Source: Candidatus Woesearchaeota archaeon | GTDB taxonomy: Archaea > Nanobdellota > Nanobdellia > Woesearchaeales > GW2011-AR9 | Direction: 5' to 3' | NCBI GenBank assembly: GCA_018664115.1 | Contig: JABJOX010000004.1 | Coordinates: 10,089-74,088, forward strand | Length of the DNA: 64,000 nt | Shown: positions 9,694 to 19,615 of the stretch, one piece after another | Layout of the letters: every line of letters starts with the position of its first letter | Position numbering within the stretch: the stretch's first letter is position 1 | The notes under the pieces: generated by a model | The model's database searches: none | The model's input: the letters and a program-made list of their open reading frames with translations, nothing else | What the model was told of the DNA's origin: nothing | Program-made: the position numbers and the translations under genes

Positions 9694-10378
9694 TAAAAGA
9701 ATCAGGCTTGCTATAACACCAAGACATTTAGAGAATAGAGATGGTGAATTTTTTTCAGTACAAAAGAATTATTTAGATTTTTGGTCTAGTTATGGTTATG
9801 AACTTATTTTAATACCATTTATTGAAGATATGGATTTTGAGTCATTTTTTAATGAGTTAGGTATAAAAGGATTATTAATTGCTGGGGGTTATAAATATTA
9901 TTCTGAAAAGATTAGGGGATTTGAACATAAAGTTATTTCAGCGGCTTTAAACAAAAAACTTCCAATTATTGGTGTTTGTTGTGGACTTTGGAGCATTAAT
10001 GGTTTTTTTGGAGGAAAATTAAAATGGAACGAAAGACATAGTAAAAGAAATATTAAATTTGTTTCTCATTTTCTTTATAATAAAATTCTTGGAAGAAAGT
10101 ATATTCCGAAACACAAAATATTTCTCACTGGTGATATAATTAATAAATGTGAAGCAGAAGTTAACAGTTATCATAGAAAAGTAGTTAGTAAACTTGGTGA
10201 TGGTTTAAAACCTTTTATTTTATCTGATGATGGTGAAATTGAGGGGATTTATAATCTTGAGAAAAAAATTATTGCGGTTCAGTTTCATTTTGAACATGGT
10301 AATTGTAGTAAGTGGCTAGAAATAGATTGTATAAATTATATTAATAATCTATTTAATTTTAAAAATAATGGTGAATAA
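9686..10378 (+). CDS. Peptidase C26 / gamma-glutamyl hydrolase (class I glutamine amidotransferase), Cj1417-like
   Basis: LLIAGG, PIIGVCCG (nucleophile Cys), VNSYH, DGEIEGI, QFHFE (His-x-Glu). ATG 9686 follows GGGGTGA. Confidence 0.85.
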   Translation: MNDKRIRLAITPRHLENRDGEFFSVQKNYLDFWSSYGYELILIPFIEDMDFESFFNELGIKGLLIAGGYKYYSEKIRGFEHKVISAALNKKLPIIGVCCGLWSINGFFGGKLKWNERHSKRNIKFVSHFLYNKILGRKYIPKHKIFLTGDIINKCEAEVNSYHRKVVSKLGDGLKPFILSDDGEIEGIYNLEKKIIAVQFHFEHGNCSKWLEIDCINYINNLFNFKNNGE

Positions 10379-10583
10379 TTATAAATTGAAATTTTTTGTT
10401 ATAATTGAGATCTGTTTGAGGTTATATTAAAATTATTTTCATAGGGTGTTGGGATTTTAGAATTATTGACTATTATGGATTTAAAAAATTAATGAGAAAT
10501 AAAGTTTTGTTTAATATCCAAAATATTTATAAACTAAACGCTTTAAAAGAGAATGGATTTGAGTATTGTGGGGTAGGGAGGAA

Positions 10584-11441
10584 ATGATAGTATCTATTGT
10601 GATTATTTTTGATGAATTGAGGAAAGAGAAGCTTAATCGACTAATTAATTCTTTTAAAGATCAATTAAATCAACACGAATCAGAAGTAATATTGGTCCAT
10701 GAATCTATAGAAAAAGATAACAGTTTACATTTACCAACAAATTTCAAATATTTTATAGTTCCTCCTAAAAGGGGGATAGCATTTAATCGGAATAAAGGCA
10801 TAGAATACTCTAAGGGGGAAATAATTGTTTTTATTGATGATGATTGTTGGGTTCAGGAGAAATGGTTATCTTCTTTACTTGAATCTTTTAATGATAACAA
10901 GACTTTAGTAACTACTAGTGGAACAAGAATTCCCAAATCTAATCTTGTTGGTAACTGTATTTCTGCTTTAGGTTTTCCGGGCGGTGGTAATTTGGGCTTT
11001 GAAAAAGTTTGGAAAGTTTCTAATGAGGGTTATACCAATCATCTTGCTGTTGGAAATTCTGCTCTTAATAGAAAAGTTTTTGAATTAGTTGGCACTTTTG
11101 ACGAAAGTATGACTTTTGGAGCTGAAGATGCAGAAATATCTTATCGTTTAGAAAAAGCAGGAATATTAATAAAATATGTCCCTAATGCTTACGCTTATCA
11201 TGAAGCGAGAACTACTTTATCTTCATTTTCAAGATGGCAGATAAGGAGAGGAAGAGCAAATTATTATTTTAAAAAGAAGGTGGGTAAAGTGGGTAGTTTT
11301 ATTAAATTACGTCTGTGGTCGACTAAGAATATTTTATCGGAAAATAAATTCAATTTAAGACTTCCTTTAATTTTAATATTGTTATCTTTTAGTTTTGTTT
11401 TACAACAGATGGGTTACATTTATGAGAGGTTTAAAAAATGA
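10584..11441 (+). CDS. Glycosyltransferase family 2
   Basis: RNKGI..SKGEIIVFIDDDC, FDE...AED; start placed at ATG 10584 after GGGAGG. Confidence 0.9.
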   Translation: MIVSIVIIFDELRKEKLNRLINSFKDQLNQHESEVILVHESIEKDNSLHLPTNFKYFIVPPKRGIAFNRNKGIEYSKGEIIVFIDDDCWVQEKWLSSLLESFNDNKTLVTTSGTRIPKSNLVGNCISALGFPGGGNLGFEKVWKVSNEGYTNHLAVGNSALNRKVFELVGTFDESMTFGAEDAEISYRLEKAGILIKYVPNAYAYHEARTTLSSFSRWQIRRGRANYYFKKKVGKVGSFIKLRLWSTKNILSENKFNLRLPLILILLSFSFVLQQMGYIYERFKK

Positions 11442-12907
11442 AAGTAATATTAGTGAATCCAAGAATTTATGATGTACCTAATCATCCTTTAGGTATACTC
11501 TATATCGCTGGTTATTTAGAAAAAAATGGTTTTGAAGTTGAAGTAATAGATCCTAATTTTGATGAATCTGCAATCGAAATTGCAAAAAAAATAATCTCTC
11601 TCAACCCCGACGTGGTTGGGATTAGTACAAGAACTCCACAATTTGATCATGCTAAAAATATTGCCTCTCATCTAAAATTATCTTCTGATATTCCAATTGT
11701 TTTTGGGGGTCCACATCCAACAGTTCTTCCTCAAGAAGTATTAAAAGAAAATTGTATTGATTTTGTAGCTATTGGTGAAGGCGAAATAACTTTTTCGGAA
11801 CTTTGTGAAGCTTTGAAAGAAAATAAGGGATTTAAGGATGTAAATGGTATAGGTTATAAAAAAAACGGAGAACTAATCTTTACAGAATCAAGGGAATTAA
11901 TTCCAGATTTAGATTCAATACCTTTCCCTGCAAGACATCTTCTTCCTTCAAAATGGTACTTTGCCCCTCCTAGAATAAGGGGGATATGGACAAAAAGCAC
12001 CGCTACTATTATGGCTTCAAGAGGTTGTCCATATCGGTGTATTTTTTGCGGAAGCCACCGTATTTTTGGAAGAAAAACTAGATTTAGATCTCCAGAGAAT
12101 ATTATTGAAGAACTTAAACATTTAAGAAATAAATACCATATTGATGCGGTCTGGTTTGCTGACGATACTTTCACACTTCACCCCGCTTGGGTAACCAAAC
12201 TTTGCAGTTTAATAAAACAGCAAGGGTGGAACGATTTTAAGTGGGTAGCGCAAGCAAGAGTTAATACTGTTAGTTATGAATTACTTAAAACAATGAAATC
12301 TGCGGGATGTGTGCAAATAGATTTTGGTGTTGAATCTGGTTCGCCAAAAGTGCTAAAAATATTAAAAAAAGATATAACACCTGAAAAAGTAATTGAGGCT
12401 TTTAATATTGCTAAAAAAGCAGGATTGCTTAGATATACTAGTTTTATTATAGGAACTCCGGGAGAAAAAGAAGAAGATTTGAGATTAACATTTAAACTCT
12501 TAAAAAAAATAAAACCTGATTATGTGGATTTTTATTTTATGACGCCTTATCCAGGTACAGAAGTTTACCAAATTGCAAAAGAATTAGGTGTTTTTGAAAA
12601 AGGTGTTTCTTTTAATAAATGGCTTCTTGGAAAACACAGTGATAAGCCAGTTATGTGTACAGATTTGTCTGAAAAAAAAATTATTGAATGGAGATCAAAA
12701 TTGTACAACGCCAGTTTTATTAGGAATTATAAAACTTTGATGAGAAATCCTTCTTTTATATTTGGGGGGTTGATGATAGCTTTTAAAGGAATTGGTGGTT
12801 TAAGAAAAGGATTAGGCCGTTTTTTTAAAACTGGCAAAATAGATAGTATTTTTGTAGAATTATTAGTAAATTATCGTATGAAAACAAAAAAACAATTTTA
12901 TAAATAA
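11438..12907 (+). CDS. Cobalamin-binding radical SAM protein (class B methyltransferase-like)
   Basis: N-terminal B12-binding domain (PLGILYIA, GGPHPT, GEGE), SRGCPYRCIFC, FADDTF, FGVESGS, TPYPGT. Confidence 0.92.
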   Translation: MKVILVNPRIYDVPNHPLGILYIAGYLEKNGFEVEVIDPNFDESAIEIAKKIISLNPDVVGISTRTPQFDHAKNIASHLKLSSDIPIVFGGPHPTVLPQEVLKENCIDFVAIGEGEITFSELCEALKENKGFKDVNGIGYKKNGELIFTESRELIPDLDSIPFPARHLLPSKWYFAPPRIRGIWTKSTATIMASRGCPYRCIFCGSHRIFGRKTRFRSPENIIEELKHLRNKYHIDAVWFADDTFTLHPAWVTKLCSLIKQQGWNDFKWVAQARVNTVSYELLKTMKSAGCVQIDFGVESGSPKVLKILKKDITPEKVIEAFNIAKKAGLLRYTSFIIGTPGEKEEDLRLTFKLLKKIKPDYVDFYFMTPYPGTEVYQIAKELGVFEKGVSFNKWLLGKHSDKPVMCTDLSEKKIIEWRSKLYNASFIRNYKTLMRNPSFIFGGLMIAFKGIGGLRKGLGRFFKTGKIDSIFVELLVNYRMKTKKQFYK

Positions 12908-12909
12908 AA

Positions 12910-13794
12910 ATGCAAAAAGTAAATCCTTTGATAAGTGTTATAATCCCCTCATATAATTCAGAAAGATTTATCTCAAAATGTTTATTTTCTTTATTATCTC
13001 AAAAAGTTGATTTTGATTATGAAATCATTGTTGTTGATAGTTCAAAAGATAACACTTCAGAAATAATAAAAGATAAATTTCCTTCCGTTAAACTTATCCA
13101 CTTAAAAGAACAAACCTTGCCGGGAGCGGGAAGAAATATAGGGATTTCAGAAGCTAAAGGTAAAATAATAGCATTTACGGATTCTGATTGTATTGTTAAT
13201 AATAATTGGCTCCAAACCGCTTTAGAAAGTATTAATAAGGGGTATAGTGTTGTTGGTGGATCTGTTAAAAACGCAAATTCACAGACACTAATTAGTATTG
13301 CTGATTACTTCCTTACATTTAACGAATTTCTTCCTACAATGCCAAAGAGAGAAGTTTTATTTATGCCCACATGTAACCTTATTTGTAAAAAAGAAGTTTT
13401 TGAAGATATCGGTGGTTTTCCTCCCCATTTAGCAGCAGGTGAAGACACTATTTTTAATTATAAAGCTTCCAAGAAGTATAAATTATTATTTAATCCAAGA
13501 ATAAAAATTAGTCACAATAATCGTGATTCTTTTAAAAAATTCTTTAAACATCATTATAATTTTGGATTACATGCAGCATTACTTCGAAAAAAATATAAAT
13601 TACCAGGTAATATATTTGTTAAATATCCCCCTTTGATTGTGTTAATTCCTTTTGTTCGTTTTTTTTTAATATCTTTAAGAATGGTCCGTTGGAATTGGAA
13701 AATGTTACCTTCTTTTATTGTTAGTTCTCCATTAATTTTCATTGGAATATTGATTTGGAGTGTGGGTTTTATGAAAAACATGTGGTGGTCTTAA
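12910..13794 (+). CDS. Glycosyltransferase family 2
   Basis: SVIIPSYN, EIIVVD, GRNIG, AFTDSDC, GED; hydrophobic C-terminus. Confidence 0.92.
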   Translation: MQKVNPLISVIIPSYNSERFISKCLFSLLSQKVDFDYEIIVVDSSKDNTSEIIKDKFPSVKLIHLKEQTLPGAGRNIGISEAKGKIIAFTDSDCIVNNNWLQTALESINKGYSVVGGSVKNANSQTLISIADYFLTFNEFLPTMPKREVLFMPTCNLICKKEVFEDIGGFPPHLAAGEDTIFNYKASKKYKLLFNPRIKISHNNRDSFKKFFKHHYNFGLHAALLRKKYKLPGNIFVKYPPLIVLIPFVRFFLISLRMVRWNWKMLPSFIVSSPLIFIGILIWSVGFMKNMWWS

Positions 13795-13853
13795 TAACAC
13801 AATAAAATCATTTCATCATAAGTTTTTTAAATGATACCCTCTGCAATCAATAA

Positions 13854-15035
13854 ATGCGAAGATCCTATCTTAATTTGTTGAAATACTATTTTATTAAAAA
13901 TCCTAAAACCCCTATCCAATTAATTCATTTTGTAACTTCAAAATGCAATGCTAAATGTAAACATTGTTTTTTTTGGAGTAAACTTAATTCTAAAGATGAA
14001 TTATCTTTAGAAGAGATAGATAAATTTAGTAAAAGTTTACCTGATTTGATTATTTTAAACATAAGCGGCGGTGAACCTTTTATTCGTCAAGACTTTGCAG
14101 AAATAATAAAAACTTATTATCGTAATACTCCGGTTAAAGAAGTAGCTGTTCCGACTAATGGTACTTTTACAAGTAAAATTGTAAAAGATTGTATTGACAT
14201 TTTAGAAAATTGTCCTGATTTAAATTTAAATGTGGTTATTTCTCTTGACGGCCCTGAAAATATTCATGATGAGATTAGGCAAGTTAATGATTGTTTTAAT
14301 ATGGCAATTAAAACTTTTAATGAATTAAAATTATTACAAAAAAAATATTCTCACCTGCAACTTTCAGTAATTTCAACTTTAACTTCTATTAATCAGGATA
14401 AATTAGAAGAATTCCATAGTTATGTTAAAAATGTAATGAAACCAGATGTTTTTGGGCTAAATTTAATTAGGGGAGAAGCAAGGGTGATGAATTTATTTGG
14501 AGTTGACTTAAATAAGTATAAACTTTTTTTCCAACTTCAATCTAAATCTTCTAAAAAAGGAATTAAATCTATAATTAGAGATTATATGAATAAATTAAGA
14601 ACTGGAATGATAATAAAGACTATAGAAAATAAAAAATTTATCATTCCTTGTAAAGCAGGAAGTTTGATGGCGGTAATATATGAACAAGGAGAGGTATATC
14701 CTTGTGAACTTTTAAATAATAAATCTTTAGGTAATATTAAAGATTTCAATTATAATTTTAAGAAATTATGGGCGTCACAAAAAACTAAAGAGACTTGTAA
14801 GTTTATTAGAGAGACAAAATGTTATTGTACCCATGAATGTTTTCAGAGGTTTAATATTATTTATAATCCAAAATTTATCACTAAACATGCTAGTAAAGCA
14901 ATATTCAGAAAATCAAAAATAATTAATGCTCTTAAAATCAATTATGAAGAGAAAAATAATCAGCAAGAGATGGTTGAAATAGGACAATTAAGAGGAGTAA
15001 GACATGATTACAAAGAAAATTACAAAGAAAAATAG
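13854..15035 (+). CDS. Radical SAM protein with SPASM/twitch domain
   Basis: TSKCNAKCKHCF, SGGEPF, TNG, SLDG; C-terminal CKAG...G.VYPCE...C.CTHEC. Confidence 0.9.
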   Translation: MRRSYLNLLKYYFIKNPKTPIQLIHFVTSKCNAKCKHCFFWSKLNSKDELSLEEIDKFSKSLPDLIILNISGGEPFIRQDFAEIIKTYYRNTPVKEVAVPTNGTFTSKIVKDCIDILENCPDLNLNVVISLDGPENIHDEIRQVNDCFNMAIKTFNELKLLQKKYSHLQLSVISTLTSINQDKLEEFHSYVKNVMKPDVFGLNLIRGEARVMNLFGVDLNKYKLFFQLQSKSSKKGIKSIIRDYMNKLRTGMIIKTIENKKFIIPCKAGSLMAVIYEQGEVYPCELLNNKSLGNIKDFNYNFKKLWASQKTKETCKFIRETKCYCTHECFQRFNIIYNPKFITKHASKAIFRKSKIINALKINYEEKNNQQEMVEIGQLRGVRHDYKENYKEK

Positions 15036-15152
15036 GGTGGTTTAGAAAATTAATAATTTTTTAAATCAGTTTATTTTCATATCAAATAGATTTAATTATT
15101 TATGTCTCTGATTATAATAATCTTTATAAATTACCTATTAATCATAACACTA

Positions 15153-16019
15153 ATGTTACATAAACTTATGAATAAATATAATCGGTTTTCATTATTTCGT
15201 TATTTATATCATGGTTTTTTCCGGTTGTACTGTGATCATGTTAGTGATTACGTGATGATATCTTTTCCTAAAAGTGGCCATACTTGGTTAAGAGTTATGC
15301 TTGCCAAAGCATTTTCACTTCATTATGGTCTTTCTTCTCTTAATCTTGATCTTATTTTAATGGCAAAAGAAAAAAAAGGGATTCCAAAAATTGCTATTTA
15401 TCATGAAATATCTCCATTATTCTCAGTTAACTTCAGTTTAAAAAATAAAAAATTTTTGGGTTCATACGCAGAATCTGAAAAGGTTTTCATACGCACTCCT
15501 CTTAAAAAGAAAAAAATTATTTTTCTTGTACGAGACCCCAGAGATGTTGTAGTGTCGTTATTTTTTCATTTGACAAAGCGAAACAATTTTTATTTTAGAA
15601 ATGAGATGTCTCATTTTCTTAAAGAACCATTTAGTCTTACTAAAATCTTAAATTATATGAATCTTTGGTGTAAGGAAATGCAACGACGCCCAAATGAATT
15701 TTTATTTATTCGTTATGAGGATATGAAAACAAATACTGCAGAACAGTTAAGAAGAGTATTAGATTTCTTGGAAATAAATGTATCATATGATATTTTGAAT
15801 GAAGCTGTTGCTTTTGGTTCAATTGATAACATGCGTAAGATGGAAAAATGCAATTTGTTTGCCGATTATCGTTTGCAAGCAAAAAATCCAAGTGATCCTG
15901 AATCTTATAAAGTAAGAAAAGCTAAAGTGGGTGGTTATACTGATTATTTAAATCCTCAAGACTTGGAATATATAAATTTACGAATAAGTAAAGAGCTAAA
16001 TTCTGTATTTGGATATTAA
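15153..16019 (+). CDS. PAPS-dependent sulfotransferase
   Basis: 5'-PSB SFPKSGHTW, 3'-PB VRDPRDVVVS, RYEDM, RKAKVGG. Start 15153 lies about 23 nt after TTTATAAA. Confidence 0.92.
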   Translation: MLHKLMNKYNRFSLFRYLYHGFFRLYCDHVSDYVMISFPKSGHTWLRVMLAKAFSLHYGLSSLNLDLILMAKEKKGIPKIAIYHEISPLFSVNFSLKNKKFLGSYAESEKVFIRTPLKKKKIIFLVRDPRDVVVSLFFHLTKRNNFYFRNEMSHFLKEPFSLTKILNYMNLWCKEMQRRPNEFLFIRYEDMKTNTAEQLRRVLDFLEINVSYDILNEAVAFGSIDNMRKMEKCNLFADYRLQAKNPSDPESYKVRKAKVGGYTDYLNPQDLEYINLRISKELNSVFGY

Positions 16020-17455
16020 CTTGATTTTTTTAAAATTGATTTTACTAATTTTAGGTCTTTGATTGTGATTTCATTTAGAATTATGAGAATTAAAAAATAA
16101 GTTATTAACCATACCCCATAGTGGATTAATAGTTTCCACCCTGAAGAAATAGTTCTTGTTGCCATTATATAAATAATGAATGAGGATATAACAATTCTAA
16201 TGAATGACTTAGCAGTTATAATGACGGTTCTAAATCTTTTATATATGTAAATTAATGATAATAAAACACTTAAAATTGCAGTTATTAATAATGAGATGGC
16301 AGCTCCAATGGCGCCGTATATTGGGACAAAGATTAATGTAAGGGTGAGAGATAAGAATACACCTATCGTGGTTATAATTAGATCTATATTTGGTTTTCCT
16401 GCCCCATTGATTATAGAAGCGAATACTCTAAAAATAGAAAAGCAAGTTGTACTTATAATTAATATACTTAGAATGGCCCCCGCTGATACAAATGAGGAGG
16501 TATAAAAAAAGGTTACTAATTCATCTGCCGTTGTTGCAACAATAATCATGATCGGGGTGATAAGAAGTAGTAAATATCTTGTTGATTGACGAATGTATTT
16601 TTGAATTAGTTTATTGTTTTTTTCCGAAATGGCTTTTGAGATTGAAGGCATTAAAGTGAGGGATAAAGGTTGAAAAATAAGAAAAGAAACATTTGATAAT
16701 GCTGCAGCAGCGGTATAGAATCCAATTAAAGAATAATCTATACCTAAAAGTTTTAGAATGAATGGATTTGCGTTTTTAATAATTGTAAAGTTAATTGCAG
16801 TTAAAGTAATTGGTATTGAAAAATTAATGAGTTTTTTATTTTTAAATTCTCCAGTTGATTTCATTTTATCTTTAAGATAATAATGGCTAAGCCATATTGT
16901 GAGTGTAACTGAAATAAAATAACCCACTAGTATCCCCCAAATCTTAAATCCCATTAATACAAAAAGGAAAACTAATCCCACTCGAAGAATATGATGAACA
17001 CTTTTGACAATGGATTGTTCAGCGAACATACGTAGACCATTTAGATATCCGTTTGTGTAGAGTGAACGAATAGCTATTGGAACAACCATTATTCCCATGA
17101 AAATTATATAATACGTGAGGGAAGAATCTTTTAGTGCTTTAGCAATTAGTTTGGAAAAAATAATGTAAATAAATCCAAAACTTAATGAAGAATAGAGTTG
17201 TAATCTAAAAGATTTTACAAAAATATTTTTAAGACCATTTTTAGATTCTGCGATAAATTTTGAGACCGATCTTGGAATTCCGGTGTTAAGAAATGAAGTA
17301 TTTAAAAGATAAAGAGACATAAGTACGCCAAATATACCATAAATTTCCGAACCCAAAATTCTTCCAATTCCAATATTAATACTATAATTTGCGAGAACCG
17401 CTAGGAACTGAGCAATTATTAAATATGCAGTTCCACTAGCCAATTTTTTCTTCAT
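16016..17455 (-). CDS. Oligosaccharide flippase (Wzx/MOP family)
   Basis: About 12-14 TM segments; GRILG.E.YG.F, GFYTAA, P.YGAIGAA patterns. Confidence 0.88.
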   Translation of the reverse strand: MKKKLASGTAYLIIAQFLAVLANYSINIGIGRILGSEIYGIFGVLMSLYLLNTSFLNTGIPRSVSKFIAESKNGLKNIFVKSFRLQLYSSLSFGFIYIIFSKLIAKALKDSSLTYYIIFMGIMVVPIAIRSLYTNGYLNGLRMFAEQSIVKSVHHILRVGLVFLFVLMGFKIWGILVGYFISVTLTIWLSHYYLKDKMKSTGEFKNKKLINFSIPITLTAINFTIIKNANPFILKLLGIDYSLIGFYTAAAALSNVSFLIFQPLSLTLMPSISKAISEKNNKLIQKYIRQSTRYLLLLITPIMIIVATTADELVTFFYTSSFVSAGAILSILIISTTCFSIFRVFASIINGAGKPNIDLIITTIGVFLSLTLTLIFVPIYGAIGAAISLLITAILSVLLSLIYIYKRFRTVIITAKSFIRIVISSFIIYIMATRTISSGWKLLIHYGVWLITYFLILIILNEITIKDLKLVKSILKKSS

Positions 17456-18327
17456 TTTTTAGCAAGAAAAATAACTGCGTTTCCAAAACTGAATGGTCGT
17501 TTTTTAGAATCACTCCATTTTTGTAATTTTAATGATAGTTTTCTTGGAAGTATACTATAGTTACTATAAAATCCTCCTGCTCCACATCTACAAATAGTGA
17601 AACCAGCTTTTTTAATGAGAAATCTTAAACGTTTTGGTGTTATCAAGTTTTTTCGAGGAAGTTTTGTTTTTTTAATTAATCTGAGTTTTTTTTTACTTTT
17701 AAGATTGAATATAATGGCTATGAACAGAATCCAGTTTAAAATAAATGTATTTCTGATATAGAACTCATATTTCCCCCCAGTAATAATTGTGTAAATGACT
17801 TTAAATAATCCGAAAGGATTATCAAGATAATGTAACCCATAAAGATTTTCTTGACCGATGATAAAATATCCTCCTCTTTTAAGAACACGCTTTGCTTCAC
17901 GAAGACATTGCAATGGTGATTCCATATATTGCAAGAACCCTATGCCAAATACAACATCAAAGTAATCATCTTTAAATTGTAAATTTTTTGCATCCCCCAC
18001 ATTGAGACTAAATTTACCTTCAGTATTCGTAACTTTATAACAATTTTTTCTTGCAATTTTACAAAGGGTTTCTGAAATATCAATACCATGAAGATAATAA
18101 CCTTTTCTTATAATTTTAGCTGAAGTTATTCCTGCTCCAAATCCCAGTTCCAGAATTTTTGATTTTTGTGGCATGTTAAGGCTATCTAAAAATTTTATAA
18201 CCTTTTGTTCTCTTGCTTTTAGTCTTAAACCCTGAAAATCTTCTTTATAATAATAATCTTCCCATTTTGATTGTTGATCTGAATTCCACCAATCTTCCGA
18301 ACTCTTTTGATTTATATTTGAATCCAT
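17452..18327 (-). CDS. Class I SAM-dependent methyltransferase
   Basis: ILELGFGAG, GIDIS, GDA..L.F.DDYFD, RVLKRGG. Confidence 0.9.
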   Translation of the reverse strand: MDSNINQKSSEDWWNSDQQSKWEDYYYKEDFQGLRLKAREQKVIKFLDSLNMPQKSKILELGFGAGITSAKIIRKGYYLHGIDISETLCKIARKNCYKVTNTEGKFSLNVGDAKNLQFKDDYFDVVFGIGFLQYMESPLQCLREAKRVLKRGGYFIIGQENLYGLHYLDNPFGLFKVIYTIITGGKYEFYIRNTFILNWILFIAIIFNLKSKKKLRLIKKTKLPRKNLITPKRLRFLIKKAGFTICRCGAGGFYSNYSILPRKLSLKLQKWSDSKKRPFSFGNAVIFLAKK

Positions 18328-18584
18328 AATTTAATTATCACTCCATAATACTTTAATTTATTGTTTTTATTTTTTGTTTGAAAGTTTAGTTATTAATTTA
18401 TTTATAATTAATATGGTTCTTTTATCTGTTTTAAGTTACTTTTTGAATTTATTGACTTTATTTGTTTTTCTTAAAACAAATAATCCCTTACTTTTTAGTA
18501 TTTTTCCCATAATATCTCTATTTTTTGTCGGTTTAAAAATATTATGTAACTATCAAGTTAAGTTTCTAATTTTACACTAAAAAG

Positions 18585-18810
18585 TTAAATTGGTATTACA
18601 GAGATTCCTTTAAGAGATATCTTTTTATTGTACCATTTCTGATACTTCTTTAGTGTTTCGAATAACTATTCTAAGAATATCTTTAAGTAGTTAAGAAACT
18701 CTTCTGCAATATTCCGGATTGTTCTTTCAACTTTTTATTTACCTTATGGATAATACGAGTGAGCAAATATTGGTTCTATATCATAGGCTTTGCATAATTT
18801 CTCCTATTTT
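18585..18810 (-). mobile_element. Decayed DDE/rve integrase fragment (IS481/IS3-like transposase remnant)
   Basis: Manual minus-strand translation: K*EKLCKAYDIEPIFAHSYYP*G..KVERTIRNIAEEFLNYLKIFLE*LFETLKKYQKWYNKK..LKGI. This matches the integrase-core PxxPQxxGKVER...WYN pattern, with in-frame stops. Confidence 0.75.
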
Positions 18811-18895
18811 TCATTTTTTAAAAATGTATACCTCAAAAGTTTACTTAATAAATTCACAACATTTTTAAAGTAACAATTTTTTACTAAAAATAGAT

Positions 18896-19615
18896 ATGGA
18901 TCAAAAAAAACATATTATAACTATAGATGGTTCAGGTTGGACTGGCAAATCTTCTACTGCAAAAGCATTAGCAAGAATTCTTAACTTTAAGCATATTAAT
19001 ACAGGCTCAATGTTTAGGGCTGTAGCTTGGAAAGCAAAACAATTAGGTGTTTTATTAGAAGACAATCAGGAAATAATAAAAATTACTAAAAATATGGTGA
19101 TTAACTTTAGAATAGAAAATAATTCTCAGCAGATTTTTGTTGATGGAGAAAATATAACTGCATTTTTATTATCTTCTTCATTGGTACCTTTAGCAGGAAA
19201 AGTTGCTCAAATTCCCGAAGTAAGAAAAGTTCTTTTGGAGCTTCAAAGGAAAATGGCAAAGGAAGGAAATGCTATCTTCGAAGGAAGAGACATGGGAACA
19301 GTTGTTTTTCCTAATGCTGATTGGAAATTTTATCTTGAAGCGTCTGTGCCTATTAAGATTAAAAGATTTCTGAAGATGCTTTCAAATGAAGAAAAAAATA
19401 AATATACTCTTGAAGAAGTAAAAAAGATAATAGAAGAAACAGACGAAAAGGATAAAAATAGAGAATTTGCTCCATTAAGAAAACCAAACAACGCAATCTT
19501 TTATGATAATAGTGAAAGTCCAACCCCTGAACAAGATGCAATTGTATTATGGTATTATATCACCCATCAAAAAGAAATTATTGATAATGCTTTAATTTTA
19601 CAATCTAGATTATGA
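18896..19615 (+). CDS. cmk: Cytidylate kinase, bacterial Cmk-type, divergent
   Basis: IITIDG..TGKS, NTGSMFRA, EGRDMGTVVFPNA..KFYLEAS, D..D.NR..APL. Confidence 0.85.
   Translation: MDQKKHIITIDGSGWTGKSSTAKALARILNFKHINTGSMFRAVAWKAKQLGVLLEDNQEIIKITKNMVINFRIENNSQQIFVDGENITAFLLSSSLVPLAGKVAQIPEVRKVLLELQRKMAKEGNAIFEGRDMGTVVFPNADWKFYLEASVPIKIKRFLKMLSNEEKNKYTLEEVKKIIEETDEKDKNREFAPLRKPNNAIFYDNSESPTPEQDAIVLWYYITHQKEIIDNALILQSRL

Noticed and set aside
18374-18580. 68-aa hydrophobic ORF
   Set aside because: TTG start in T-rich low-complexity DNA beside the IS remnant; hydrophobicity follows from base composition.
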